A stretch of 64,000 bases of DNA from positions 16,122,001 through 16,186,000 of the forward strand of contig CM097885.1 of NCBI GenBank assembly GCA_044892525.1. The letters are read 5' to 3'. Below, piece after piece: positions 29,501 through 42,460 of this stretch. The notes beneath the pieces are model-generated. The model did not search any database and was not told where the DNA came from. It saw only the letters and a list, made by a program, of their open reading frames with translations. Within the stretch, counting starts at the first letter, position 1. Each line of letters begins with the position of its first letter. The position numbers and the translations under genes are program-made. This DNA is from Schmidtea polychroa (taxonomy: Eukaryota).

Positions 29501-31856
29501 ACATTACTATAATAATTCCATCTTTCCCCAGCGTTTCAGCCGCTCTCTTCCGCAATTTTCGGACCTTTGCACACCAATGCTCATCTACATATTCCGTTTT
29601 GCCATATCCCTCATAATCTAATGCTATCAAAAATGGCTTTAGCTCTACTCTTGCTTTTCTGAGCTCCTTGCCCAATCTTTGCAATAAACTTCTTAATAAC
29701 TTGGCATATCTGGTTTTCACATGTAAATATGGTCGTATTGCATTCACTATTTTTAGTTTATCGTTTTCCTCCATTTCTAATTTCTCAATAATCTGTAACT
29801 TCTCATTGATTTCATCTTCATCTCCAATATATAACGCATCATTTAATTCCTCTAATATCTCCCTTGAATTCCTTTTGTCTATTATTTTACTACTCATTAT
29901 TTCATCACTAGTAATTACATTTTCCATTTTTAATTCATTTATACTCCCTGGTATAAATCCACAATCTACCAAAAATTCGTCATTTTCTAACAATCTCTCA
30001 TTAAATCTCAACTCTATCATGCATCCTTCCTTTTTTTCTTTTAATTTATTCTTTAAATCATTTACACAATCATTTGCCTCACAACGACAACATAGTACAC
30101 TTTTATCAATCTCGTTTACTACTTCCACCAAGATGGAATCTAACCCTGTTTTCTCTCTCAAAGCTTTTCCAAATATTTTCATTAATTCTTTAATTTCTTC
30201 TTTATACCTTGGATTCATATTATAGTAGTTAACGCACAAGCTAATTACACTTTTTATCTTTCTCATACTCAAAGATATTTGACTTAATTCTCTCAACGAT
30301 TTGATCACTTTAGCCGACTCTATTTCATTATTTCCAATTAGTTTTTCGATTCTGGTCATTATCATTGTTGCTTTTTCACTTTCTAAATCATCTTTTATAA
30401 CTCTCCTTTTCGACTCTTTTTCATTCAATTCCTCTTGCGACTCATACATCATGTGATTATTGTAGTCCTCTTCTGATTCAAACTTTGACATCAATCGATC
30501 CAAACGTCGACCCATTTCTCTCACTTCGCTTTCAATTCTTTCATTAAAATTATCTGGCTGAATAAAAGCTACATTATCCATCTGCGGTTTGTCACTCTGA
30601 AACCTAATCGATTTCTTTAATATGGGCCTTTGGAATTTATCCACATTTCTTGGACATGATCTAGCCATGTGTCCATAACTTCTGCATGAATGACATTGAA
30701 TTTGTCCTTGTAGATTTACTTTATCTCTCTGCGGTGATGGTGAAGTTGATGTTGATCTTGACCTGGCAAAACAATTTCGTGACACATGCCCTTTTCTTCC
30801 GCAATTAAAGCATTGTAAGTTATCATTAGTTCTCGGCTCATTAATGTTCGCTTTAGTGAAACTTTTCGCACCATTTCCTTTTAACCAATCAGGCCACATT
30901 TGCCTTGGACTCCGTTGTACATTATTTTTGGACCAGCATTGATTGCTGTCATGTCCCATTCTTTGGCAATTATCACACTGAATCGGAATTGGGCTTCTCT
31001 GTACTCTATTTTTAAACCAGCATTGGTTAACATGGTGTCCAATCCTTTGGCAATGACTACATTGGATGGGACCTTCCTTTCCATCTGTTTGAATATCTGT
31101 TGACTTGTTCGACTCAAATTTGGATCTAAATTTTGGTGATGGACTACTTGTTTGTTGAAAACGATTGTTTCTAATTGGGGTTACTGATCTTTCGCTTGCG
31201 CCTGAGATGACTGCAAACGATTCTGATTTTGACTGTGTGCTTTTTAAATTTAGCTCAATTTTCATTGCCTTTTTGATCAATTCATCAAAGTCATTAAAAT
31301 CAACATAGCATAGAGCCTTTTTAATTTCTTTCTTTACTCCTGACAAGAATTGATCCTGCAATAATTCTTTTACCTGCTTTGCCATCTCGGCCTGTTCTGG
31401 TTTCACTTCGAACGCTTTCTCTGCAAGAGTTGATAAATGATAAGCAAACTCACTTACCGATTCCTCTGGCTTTTGTACGCGGTTATAGAATTTCTGTCGC
31501 ATTATCCGTTTGATATCCCCTCCGATTAATTTCGTAGCTAAAGCGTCTTTCAACTTGGTCCAGTCATTTGCTACTATTCTTTTATCAATTTGTTGCCACG
31601 CTTCTCTGGCTGCTCCTTTTAGGTATAGCGGTAATCTTTGCACCATTATCGATTGGCTCCATCCATAGGCCGTCGCATACATATAGTAATCTGCCATGAA
31701 ATCGACAAATTCCAGCGGATCTCCACCGTACTGATCCACAGGTAGTTTTTGGCAACTCGCATAATCATTGCCTTCCCTGGCATTCCCCACAGAAACTGTG
31801 GACACCGGTGTTTCATCATTATTATTTGTATTATTAACTTGTCTTTGGGTACTCAT
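26544..31856 (-). CDS. gag-env: ORF1: Gag (4 CCHC knuckles) - 2x ubiquitin-like - Bcl-2-like - envelope glycoprotein polyprotein
   Basis: First ATG 31856 (MSTQ); retrotrans-gag RVQKPEESVSEF; four CX2CX4HX4C; WVNEKGGW; signal segment + LVAYDC, CGKWSH, GEALYSYKC, CTNELPV; C-terminal hydrophobic helices. Confidence 0.92.
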   Translation of the reverse strand: MSTQRQVNNTNNNDETPVSTVSVGNAREGNDYASCQKLPVDQYGGDPLEFVDFMADYYMYATAYGWSQSIMVQRLPLYLKGAAREAWQQIDKRIVANDWTKLKDALATKLIGGDIKRIMRQKFYNRVQKPEESVSEFAYHLSTLAEKAFEVKPEQAEMAKQVKELLQDQFLSGVKKEIKKALCYVDFNDFDELIKKAMKIELNLKSTQSKSESFAVISGASERSVTPIRNNRFQQTSSPSPKFRSKFESNKSTDIQTDGKEGPIQCSHCQRIGHHVNQCWFKNRVQRSPIPIQCDNCQRMGHDSNQCWSKNNVQRSPRQMWPDWLKGNGAKSFTKANINEPRTNDNLQCFNCGRKGHVSRNCFARSRSTSTSPSPQRDKVNLQGQIQCHSCRSYGHMARSCPRNVDKFQRPILKKSIRFQSDKPQMDNVAFIQPDNFNERIESEVREMGRRLDRLMSKFESEEDYNNHMMYESQEELNEKESKRRVIKDDLESEKATMIMTRIEKLIGNNEIESAKVIKSLRELSQISLSMRKIKSVISLCVNYYNMNPRYKEEIKELMKIFGKALREKTGLDSILVEVVNEIDKSVLCCRCEANDCVNDLKNKLKEKKEGCMIELRFNERLLENDEFLVDCGFIPGSINELKMENVITSDEIMSSKIIDKRNSREILEELNDALYIGDEDEINEKLQIIEKLEMEENDKLKIVNAIRPYLHVKTRYAKLLRSLLQRLGKELRKARVELKPFLIALDYEGYGKTEYVDEHWCAKVRKLRKRAAETLGKDGIIIVMYKGEELDDDEYLYDCGCVPQELDENGYLIRDGRVEYLVNHIVVVKGVSLEVNIESNKPDTEEQDEKVKGNKEIDQIVSDNEQKDPDNKDQSTEPDVQGEPLVPEGEINGEIKNKKVRTLYEIKKYLVRLEQDVDETKKMLKHLVKAVYPMFDIEIEVEDELKEIVKEMKNRLPEVMQKFGEENTFCERSVIENLAKNEINKEVIIIALTYVVLEIGTHTFARSDKLENLIDIAARLVNEYLMSWVNEKGGWKTLCSSLTDKKNEKQEMSPPQRRVNERVKPELRKTMIFPWAMFMVITFCAIITQTSSLVAYDCSQTEMGKVYSVVDMSECPGAYPSSLKIENDVKYYVYQESDLRRTQVRECIVKHTTFVFYCGKWSHTSLIKMHAIPRPVEVLPENCLAAFQTGELKISPEIRLKAKLNHRIRETIIVKGAMKANGDCEGEPYKMNGKIIQQTVVLEEYLTELREFEGAFDDDTGKLQTHPFCNMKQTHCQTGESILVYNVETNKCNLAHLKTMNFKELVGEQFRDKPDNFNMNYRPNNTIKSTPVWTKQMGTVIMSTLPADGMRFIKKEITNKCGRMVYVTNYKGVYVSRNVVEEAKIKIHRDDIKLTHYFNNKIDYLFHFSQNIMENVYREMILNDCKLNKEILRNRMAMAITNPNLVAPMLISENGVFARIFGEALYSYKCKEVTVKIAKYEKCTNELPVSFGGKVRFMEPITRILLDEQTKPKLLQCNRLLAPLYRLATDSWIALPDYRGVKTPDKLELTNLEYLINFTSLNKMAQMGLYASEDIEEAQRNLLFPSKKERIISEMIDTVLPNGEGTVNYENLLTPDHFKRATYKTMEKIWGKFMFLGQACAGLIGIYVIMITAKVVVSQMLSVHRIYAISGWSWKLVIGCIPLLARFFITDHQFKEMARVRAQLRNGRKSEESTCQSEDKNDDHNDDNNNGESEYKCFRKSVIKSKVEPESRFLLEPMPKLSGIDTLSR

Positions 31857-32232
31857 TATATTCTCTACTAGTTTTTGGCTTCTCAATTTATAAAATGATC
31901 TGGTTAACACAGGTTTTACTCGTCTAAAATTTAAAGTATTACAATTACAAAATTTACCTTTCGTTTTAATTTTGACTTTTCAACAATCACTCGTTACAAA
32001 TTTTCCCACTTTGCTTCAATAATAAATTCACCACTTTAATAATTCTCGAATAATGTTCACCACTTTCAAATAAACGTTTCACTTCAATATTTATTTATTT
32101 AATTATTATTATCTTTTTCCAAATTTTTTTTTTTCGATACTTTACTAATCTCAACAAATTTTCACCGACCTTTTTATTCCTCGGTATCACTCAAATATTA
32201 TCACAATTTCAACAAATCTTCACCGACTTTTG

Positions 32233-32250
32233 ATCACGTCGGGCTCACCA
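32233..32250 (-). promoter_or_regulatory. Primer-binding site, tRNA-Trp type
   Basis: TGGTGAGCCCGACGTGAT, 4 nt from the LTR; one mismatch to the canonical Trp PBS TGGTGACCCCGACGTGAT. Confidence 0.85.
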
Positions 32251-32254
32251 AATA

Positions 32255-33117
32255 TGTTGGGTTTTTAATGCAAGTCGGTACTACGGTCTGACTCCTTTGT
32301 GTTCTTTTCCAAATAAATAAATAAACAAATAACCCAACACAAAATCTTTATTGACACTGATGCAGTTACACTTTTACACTTGTATTAGTTTACTCACACT
32401 TGATACAATCAGGTTTTGTCTGCACTTTTCAATTGCCAACAAATCTCACGCAAGGGTAGATCTTCCAACGGGAGATATCCCTTTCTGGTACGTTCGATTT
32501 TTTTTAAATGGTTTACTTTCGACTAACTTTGATATTTCCTTTTTCACTCTCGTCAACTTCTGTTTTCTTTTCTTCGACCAACTGGCATTTTGTTTTCTTG
32601 TCAGTTGCTTTTATACTCGCTTGTTAATTGACTTTATTTTTGCCAATTATTTTTGGTTTTATTTCCCCCGGGCTTCCTCTTGGAGGTCTTATTTAATTGA
32701 AGGGAATTTGCTCATTTCCTTTGACGGCGCTTTTTATCCGGCTAAATTAATTGCCTTCCCGAAATTGGATTTCTCAATTCGCTCGGGTTTTCCATTGTAT
32801 CGGGTTTCTCATTAGCTCGGGTTCTCCATTAGCTCGGGTTTCCCATTAGCTCGGGTTTTCCATTAGTTAATTAATTTTTAATTAATTTTTGTTTTTTGTA
32901 ATTTATTCCTTTTAGGGACCCCCCATTGATTTTATTTTATTATAGCTGAACTCGTCTCATTATTTAGCATCCGCCCATACCAGTTTCCCCCAGAAAATAT
33001 TCATTTTTAAAATTTTGATTTTTTAATTAATATTTTGTACTTTAAATTTTTATTTTGAATTTGGTGTTTTTATCAATTTTCACCTCATTTTTGTGCCTCT
33101 CTTGTTGAACCCCAACA
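32255..33117 (-). repeat. 5' LTR of 16.6-kb element
   Basis: Direct repeat of 16517-17379; only two substitutions noticed by eye. Confidence 0.97.
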
Positions 33118-35084
33118 GTTTTGTCTGTTTTCATAATTTTGCGTTCTCCTGGATTCACTTCTTTGTAATTCGGTAATGTCTTTTCTTAGACTTTTGTTTT
33201 CGATAATTATTTCGTCGAATTTTGTTACCAAAGTAGAGAGGAGTTTGTTCGTTTCTGTAGTTTCTGAGCTATTGTGTACCGAGATGTTTTGGTCGTTGTA
33301 TTTGAAATAATTTTTGTTTTGGTATGTTCTACATATTGTCTGTTACATTTCGTCATTGATTTGTCTGCTATGTTTGCCAGAGTTTCGAGGTCTGTACAGT
33401 TGCTGACAGCTAGAATCCGGCGTATTTCAGGTGGCATTGCGCGCATGAATAGGTCTTTCATAAACTCTTTTGAGCCAGTGTTATTTTAGGTTGTAAGTAT
33501 TCGAGTTTTGTTTTTAAGTTTCGCAGGAATTCAGACGGTTTGTCGTTACGCAATGGTATACCTTTCAAACAGGACTCGAGTAGTTCTCGTCTGTTTATTT
33601 TGTTCCTATTTATTACGGTATAAGTTTTCGAAAGGGTTGTAATCCTTTGATATTTCCTCTATTCTATCAGTATCTCGTTGAGGATGTTGCTTGGAAGGGT
33701 GACAATTATGTGAGAGCAAACAGTTTTTGATGATTTAATGCCTGATAGACCTAATGTTAATTTGGCGAATTCTAGCCACTTTTGTGGTGTCCCGTTTTCG
33801 TCTGTAAAGAAATTTGGAATGTTTGGCTTAGGGTTAAGTATTGTGTTTACCGCGGATGAATTGTCGGGGTTGTTGTAATAATTGCTGTTTTCTTGAGTTG
33901 TGTGTGTTTTCTGTATGGGCATTAGGGTTGTAATGATAGTTTATGTTTTCTGGTGTATGAGTGTTTTCATAAATGTTGGGTATCTGTGTAGTATTTATCG
34001 GGTTTGTTTGATTGGTTGCAATTGATTGTTTTGTTGTTGTATTAAAAAATTATAATTGTTTATCTGAAGAGTATGGCCTACTGTGTTCGGCAAAAGTGTC
34101 ACTAGTCTTTATAGTTCTATAATAACTATACTAAAAGGTTTCGTGATTGAAAGAACAAATGCCGAATTCGTGTGTGTTATTGTTGTTTTATCTTCTGACA
34201 CCAATTATGTTGTGATATTCCCGTTGGTATGTGTGTATTATTTAAGTATTTGTTTAATGTATGACTGTGTGTTGAAAGGAAATTGTAAGGGTCCATCCGA
34301 GTCACCAATAAATAAACTGTCTCGGGACAGCTGAGGTGAATTTATGTAAGTTACCGAAAATTATGATATACAAATGAGTAAAACGGATGTTAATATAAAA
34401 TTACAACGAAACGCTGTAACTACAAATTTTATTATATATATAAAATTAATTAATTAAGTGACCTTGATATTATTTCTTTTTCTCCGACACGAAATTTATT
34501 CTGTTTATTACTCTAGGGAAATTAATTATCCGTTGAAGATTAAAATTGGTTTTTCTACTGAAGGTTCTCAGATATTAAATGTATTACTCATAATGAATAA
34601 TTGCTGATTAAATATTTAAATTATTACTTGAGGGAAATTAGTTTTCACTTGAAGATTAGAATCGCTTTTTCTACTGAAGGTTCTCAGATATCATATGCAT
34701 TCCTCGTACTGTATAATGGCTGATTGAATATTTAAAATATTACTTGAGGAAAATTAGTTGAAGATTAGACTCGCTTTTTCTGCTTAAGGTTCTCATATAT
34801 AAAATGTATTACTCGTGATGAATAATTGTAGATTGAATATTTAAAATATTGGCATAACCACAGAATTGAAATTGTCAAAAATAGTATAGTTATTTAAAAA
34901 TTTTTAATTTCTGTTATTGAATTTTTTCTTCTTTTATCAATTTTCTATTGCGATAATTTACCTTGGTAAACTATCGCTATATAGTTTTTAAAAAAAAATA
35001 AAAATAAATTCTTTTCCACGTGCAACGTGCGAGATTTTAATTTACATATAACCAACGAATAAAATAAAGTAAAATTTTATAATA

Positions 35085-35995
35085 CAATACAGTTGTTATA
35101 GATGGCTCGGAAAAACTAATGTGTTTGTTGTGTTTGAAAGTCTTGGCTTCAGATAGTATGAGACTAGTAAAATTAAAACGGCACCATGAAACTTTACACC
35201 CTGAATATGTTAACAAGGCCATAGAATTTTTTCAAAGAAAATTGCGCGAGATAAATATTCAAAAAGAAACGTTCAAAAATATAGATTCAGTCACACCAAA
35301 CGCATTATTGGCTTCGTACCATATCTCATAATGAATTGCGAAATGTAAGAAACCACATACAATAGGAGAAACCCAAATTTTACCAGCAGCTGTTGATATG
35401 GTTCGAATAATGTTCGGCGAATCGTATGCAAAACAGTTGCAATAAAAATTCTGCCAGCTGATAATACAGTTGGGAGAAGAATCAATAATATTTCTGAAGA
35501 TATCAGCGATCAATTAGTTTCTCGGCTGCATAACTAAAGATACCCATTTGTTTGCATATGTTCGATATGTTGCGGGAAATGATATATTAGAAGATATATT
35601 ATTTTGCAAACCCATTCCTGGAAACACCACATCCATTGAAAATTTTAATATAATAGATGGTTTTTTTGAAGAAAATATCGTGGAATAATTGCATTGGACT
35701 ATGTACTGACGGAGCTCACTAGATGTTCGGACACATAGCAGGTCTTCAAGCATTGGTGAAAAAAGCACCATATGCTATCTGGACGCACTGTATGCTTCAT
35801 AGAGCAGCTCTAATGTCAAATAATATGAGCGAGTCTATTAAAACAAAAGTTTCAAAATGAAACGATAATTTAATTTTGGATGAATCTTAGTGGAGAGTAT
35901 GAATCTTTGTATTGCAAAGCAATGCAAGAGCTTCTACCATTTGTAACGTCGTATTTATGATAATTGGGCTTTTCGGCACTGACTACAATGAAAAC
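35085..35995 (+). pseudogene. hAT (Buster/ZBED5-like) transposase remnant
   Basis: CLLCLKVLASDSMRLVKLKRHHETLHP, LLASYHIS, IAKCKKPHTIGE, WTHCMLHR; stops and deletions. Confidence 0.85.
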
Positions 35996-36239
35996 ACAAA
36001 TGGGATGTGGGTAAGACAAATTTAATGATGCATGATATTTTAACATCAGGAAAACCTATTGTGATAAATCCAAGATTACAGTCAACCAATTTGATAAGAT
36101 TGTGAAAATATAAAAGAGATTAAAAAATTTGGAATAAATAAATAATTTAAATCCCATGGAACACTTCTTTAGTGTGTGTAAAGAAAAAAGATAAAAATGA
36201 TGTACGAATTTGTCTGGATTCTATAGCAATTATAGCAAT

Positions 36240-36745
36240 TATGACCAATATTAATATTTTTATTCCATAATTCACAACATTAGTATATAAACTACATACA
36301 TCAAACGAAACCATATACTCATTAACATTATTTTTATTAAACAATGTTAATGAGTATATGGTTTCGTTTGGTGTATGTAGTTTCTATGTAGTTACTAATG
36401 TCCTGTTGAAAAAACAATCGATTTATGTTGTGAATTATAGAATGAAAATATTAATGCGCATAATAAGTGTGATGGAAGGAAGCTTTTAGAGTTTGCAACT
36501 TCTGAAGTTAATTTTCTTTTTAATAATGAATGGTATGAACAAATTGATGGAGTGGCTTTGGGTTCGCCCTTAGCACCAACAATGACGTCAATATTTTTGG
36601 CATGTTTAGAAAAGAAAATTGCTTCTTTTCAATATGAAAAACTAATTGTGTATTAAAGGTAAGTTGATGATATTTTTTTGATATTTAAAAATAAGGAACA
36701 TGTGAAACCATTTTTGCATTACATGAATAGATTGCATAAGAAAAT
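36240..36745 (+). mobile_element. Penelope-like element RT fragment with inverted 5' copy
   Basis: MVSFDVCSLYTNV, YEQIDGVALGSPLAP, (Y)VDDIF; ~36240-36330 is an inverted copy of sequence from ~36343 onward. Confidence 0.8.
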
Positions 36746-37694
36746 TTTTATTATCTTTAATTTAAGCAAGCAGCACCTAAAATAAAATAATAAAAACATT
36801 AACCTTAAGTTAATAAAATTTTAAAATAGTTACATTGAAAGGTATTGTGTTTAAATATCTCATTTTTATGATTTAGTCTTGAAGTAAATTCGGATTTTTA
36901 ATTATTTTATAATTTATCAAAGTTTTATTTTAGTTTCCTAGATTTTTATTTTAGTTCTGAGAGATAAAACTACCATCTGTCAATTTTAGTTATAATTTAA
37001 AGAATTTTTGTATTTTTTAAACATGAAACATGTAAAAGTCACTGGCTATTCTGAAATAGTTATAAATTATTTCGGTCAAATAACTTTAACTGAATATGAT
37101 TTCAGGTTGGATGTATTTATATTTTCAATTTAATTGTTGGAACCGGTGCGCTAACATTACCGAAAGCCTTTCAAGATGCAGGTTGGGTGTTGAGTGGGAT
37201 CGTTTTATGTATCTTATGTTTAATAAGGTAACATTGACCAAACTATCTTTGATAAAGCATTATGTTCACGAATTTAAGTTATATTACCGCAACTTATGTA
37301 ATTGAAGCGATGAGCATTTCAAATGGACTGCAAAAACTGTCCAAATTAAAATACGTAATTTATTTAATTAATTAATTTATTATCTTTATTGAAAGAAAAT
37401 TTTTTATTTATAAATTATATGGAAAATTTTATACAATTTTAATTCTCAAATTGTTTCTTTTTATTATTATTAATTAATTGTTAATTAAATTAATTTATTT
37501 ATTAAAATCTGAAATTTTTTTATTTTATAATTTCATGTTTTGGATTTATAAATAATTATTTTTTGAATTTTATTGCATCCAGAATTTGCATTTCTTATTA
37601 ATTCATCCATTTGATTGGTCATGGGTGTATAAATCATTTTAAATAAATATATTTATTTTTAAAATTATAACTTTTTTCAATTTTCAATTGCCAT

Positions 37695-38530
37695 TATATT
37701 TATTAAAAAGCTTGACTATGAATCTGTAAATATATCGTTACTGCCGTTTTCAGTGATTTTGATCATTATTTGTTAATTTTGAAACTATAGGGAAAAAATT
37801 AATTTATTTTGTATTTATTTTAAATTTATTAATTAATTATAATTTAAATTTTAACAATTTTTTTTTAAATTTAAATAAAAAAATAATATAAATTAAATTT
37901 CAAGGACAATTATTAAAAAAAATTTAAATTTAAATTTCAAAATAAAATAAAAATGATATAATAAATGTAATTTAAAAATTTAAATTATAAAAATTTTTAG
38001 ATATTTCATAAATTATTTTTTTTTATTGTGTAATTTAAATTTGAACATTTTTTTTAATCAAAATTATAAAATAAATTAAAAAATAATGTAAGAAATATAT
38101 AAATAAATTTAATTTCAAAGAAATTTATTTCAAAAAACTTTTTAAAATTTAAATTACAAAATAAAATAAAAAATAATATAAGAAATATCTAAAATTTTAA
38201 TATCATTTAAAATGTAATTAAAAAATTAAAATTATAAAATTTTTTTTTAAATATTTCTCATTATTTTTTTATTTTATAATTGAAATTTTAACAATTTTTT
38301 TTAATTTAAATTACAAAATAATATAAGAAATATTAATTTAAATATGTAATTTAAAAATTAAAATTATAATTAATCAATAAATATAAAATACAAAATTAAT
38401 TAATTTTTTCCCTATAGTTCCAAAATTTATAGATAATGATCAAAAAAAGGCGGTGCTGAAAATTCGTGAATATCAAAAAAACATTGATATATTTACTGAT
38501 TCATAGTCAAGCCTTTCTAATAAATACAAT
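37695..38530. mobile_element. AT-rich foldback/MITE-like inverted repeat
   Basis: GCTTGACTATGAATC..GTAAAT (37710) versus ATTTAC..GATTCATAGTCAAGC (~38491-38512); ACTATAGGGAAAAAATTAATT versus AATTAATTTTTTCCCTATAGT. Confidence 0.7.
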
Positions 38531-38872
38531 ATTACTTTTGAAAACTTGTTTTATATAGAATTTATTTTAATTTATTTTTAAAATATTATTTGATATAAAA
38601 TAATTTTTTTTTGAATTTGCGGTGAAATATCGATTTGTCTGTAATCTACGAAATTGCAATCGATTGGCACTAATTTTGATCAAACAGAAAAACATATTAT
38701 ATGCCTATACATCACATATACACAATATATAGTCAAGAAATTGAAATTTACAAGGCTTATCGTATGGTCGAAAATGTTTTCATTTGTATTAAATATATTA
38801 TTCGCAGCAAAAGGCTTAAATTATCATTTATCATTAAATTATCACTTTATACTATATAGTCAAGATATGCAA

Positions 38873-40165
<1,293 letters not shown>

Positions 40166-40461
40166 AATTATCGGATTATAACCGCAGTTCAGGATAATGT
40201 AAGTGTTACCATCGAACTGCGGTTCAAACCACTCCAAAAAAATAGGTGAACATAATAATCACCAAAAAGAAAGGTGATTATAAAAAATGTCTTTTAAATG
40301 ATCAGCACAAAGATTTAATATATTGGTTAAGTGAAGATTGTTTTGAATGCTATTAGAACAAAGCTTTTTTTATATATTTTATAATTTTTTATTGCAAATT
40401 AATTGATAAAATTTAAGATCTCGAAAATTCATTTGAAAAATCAATGAGAAACCCTGTAAAT

Positions 40462-40770
40462 CAGGGATACACAGACTTTTCAGTATGGGTGCCACATTTT
40501 CTAATAATACATTTTATAAGGGCCACATTTTAAATTATAACCCGGTTTCTATATACAAAAAATGCATTTTAATTTAGTTGAAATAATTAATTTAATTTTT
40601 TTTGGATCAATATGACATTGTTTTTTATTAACAATTTTTAAAATATTTGTTGTCAAGTTTGTTTTTATATAAATATTTAATTAAATATATTAAATAAATG
40701 TACACGAGGGCCGCACAAATTATTCAAAAGGGCCGCATGTGGCCCGCGGGCCGCACTTTGTGCTTCCCTG
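40462..40770. mobile_element. 309-bp non-autonomous hAT MITE
   Basis: CAGGGA...TCCCTG termini, perfect 8-bp TSD CTGTAAAT (40454-40461 / 40771-40778), subterminal GGGCCGCA repeats. Confidence 0.9.
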
Positions 40771-41554
40771 CTGTAAATGCTTTGAAAATTTTAAAAAATT
40801 TATTATTATTTTTATATTAACAATAATATTATTAGTAAATCTGACTCGAGACCTTTAAGAGATCTAAATTTTATGAAAGATTAAATAAAGTAATTCGTTT
40901 AATTATTAAATGAATTCGTAACAGAATGTTATAGAGTTTAGAAAGCATTGATTGCCCTCATCGAATCGACAGCTCTAATTTTTGAAAGCAATTTTCGAAC
41001 ATTTGCTCTGTATTGTTGTTGCGGATTTTCGTTTAAATGCCTCACAAATAGCTGGCGAAATGTTAAGGCATTTATCAATTTGATATAACGCAGTGTTAGT
41101 ATTGCATTTAGGTGCATTTTACTGCCATTCAATACAGCAATAATTTCTCCAAAACTCATATAACATCACCGGCGGTTTTCTCGTCAGTTCCACTCGTCAT
41201 AGGAGCGTTTGATTTGTTGAGGCGATTTGTCAGCGCTTATATTCGGGTGAATTTTAATTTCATTTCTTTCAAATTAATTATTAATTTAATTATAATAATT
41301 ATTATAATTATAATTATTATATAATAATTAAATGTTTTTGATTTAATTAAATTGCTTTTATTTGATTATATAATTGATGTTGATATTGCAATTGGCAATT
41401 TGCTGTGAGCGCTCCAATTCATGATGATGATGAAGATATCGGAAGGAAGGGGAGAATGACAATAATTATCACAATATAGTAAATCAGTAATAATAAGGCA
41501 AACAATAAAACAAATCAAAAGCCAAAATAAATCAATTTTTATTGAATTGTTTTT

Positions 41555-42394
41555 TTAAATTTGTAAGAATTTTTCAATTCTGCACCTGAGCAGCAATTTA
41601 TCACTTTTGGCTGCTAATTGATAGATTGAGCTGGCATCATGATCAAGATAATAATAATAATAAATGCTAATTGGATTATTTCTATCATCTGAAGGTTTCC
41701 TCCATCCCGCTGCATCCGGCAAATCTGAATATTTTATTGACTTGCTCATATAAATGTTGCCATTTGCTGGATCGATCACATCGATTGTCACGGATTGATT
41801 GAACGGCCAATCCAATTGCTCATCATTTGCCCCACGCATCACACAGAAACCAACATTAACCCAATCACCCCCAATCACCACCCACAAGCACATTTTGTAA
41901 CCGATTGGCCCTGAATAAAATGGCTTGCTGTAAATATTTTCATTTCTGTTTTGTGAAAATTTATCGATTTGCCATTCAAAAAATCCGTAATTTATATATT
42001 TTTCATTTGCTACTTTTGTTTCAATCTGCCGAATTTCATTGGCGCATTTCGCCATTTCAAGCTGCAGCTGAATCTCAAATTCAAATATTTCAATAAATCA
42101 ATAAATCACCTTTTCATTCTCCTGTTGCTGCCGCTGCTGGCATTTCTCTTTCATCTCATCAATTTGCTGTTGACATTTTGTTTCATTCTGCCGAATTTCA
42201 TTGGCGCATTTCGCCATTTCAAGCTCCAACTGAATCTCAAATTCAAATATTTCAATAAATCAATAAATCACCTTTTCATTCCCCTGTTGCAGCTGCTGCT
42301 GGCATTTCTCTTTCATCTCATCAATTTGCTGTCTGACCTGCTTTGCATCAATAACAAATCAATATGCATGCATTTTTATACAGATCTAGTAATG

Positions 42395-42460
<66 letters not shown>

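Larger units (their letters stand above)
16517..33117 (-). mobile_element. Full-length env-bearing Ty3/Gypsy LTR retroelement, 16.6 kb
   Basis: Two 863-bp TGTTG...CAACA LTRs, 4-bp TSD GTTT (16513-16516 / 33118-33121), PBS, PPT, PR-RT-RH-IN order. Confidence 0.97.
14112..34860 (-). mobile_element. Degenerate CsRn1-like Gypsy element split by the 16.6-kb insertion (pol remnants ~14255-16330; gag remnants ~16330-16516 and 33118-34020; 5' LTR from 34208, far end uncertain)
   Basis: Colinear with the 54-60 kb copy, with many stops and frameshifts; PBS TGGTGTCAGAAG next to TGTTG at 34208; LTR piece 14112-14190 matches 34456-34530. Confidence 0.85.

Noticed and set aside
29044..30225. Antisense ORFs overlapping ORF1, and similar ones opposite the pol genes
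   Set aside because: Shadow frames of long coding sequences.
40938..41270. Short minus-strand ORF downstream of TRAF
   Set aside because: No recognisable domain; cannot be supported without a search.
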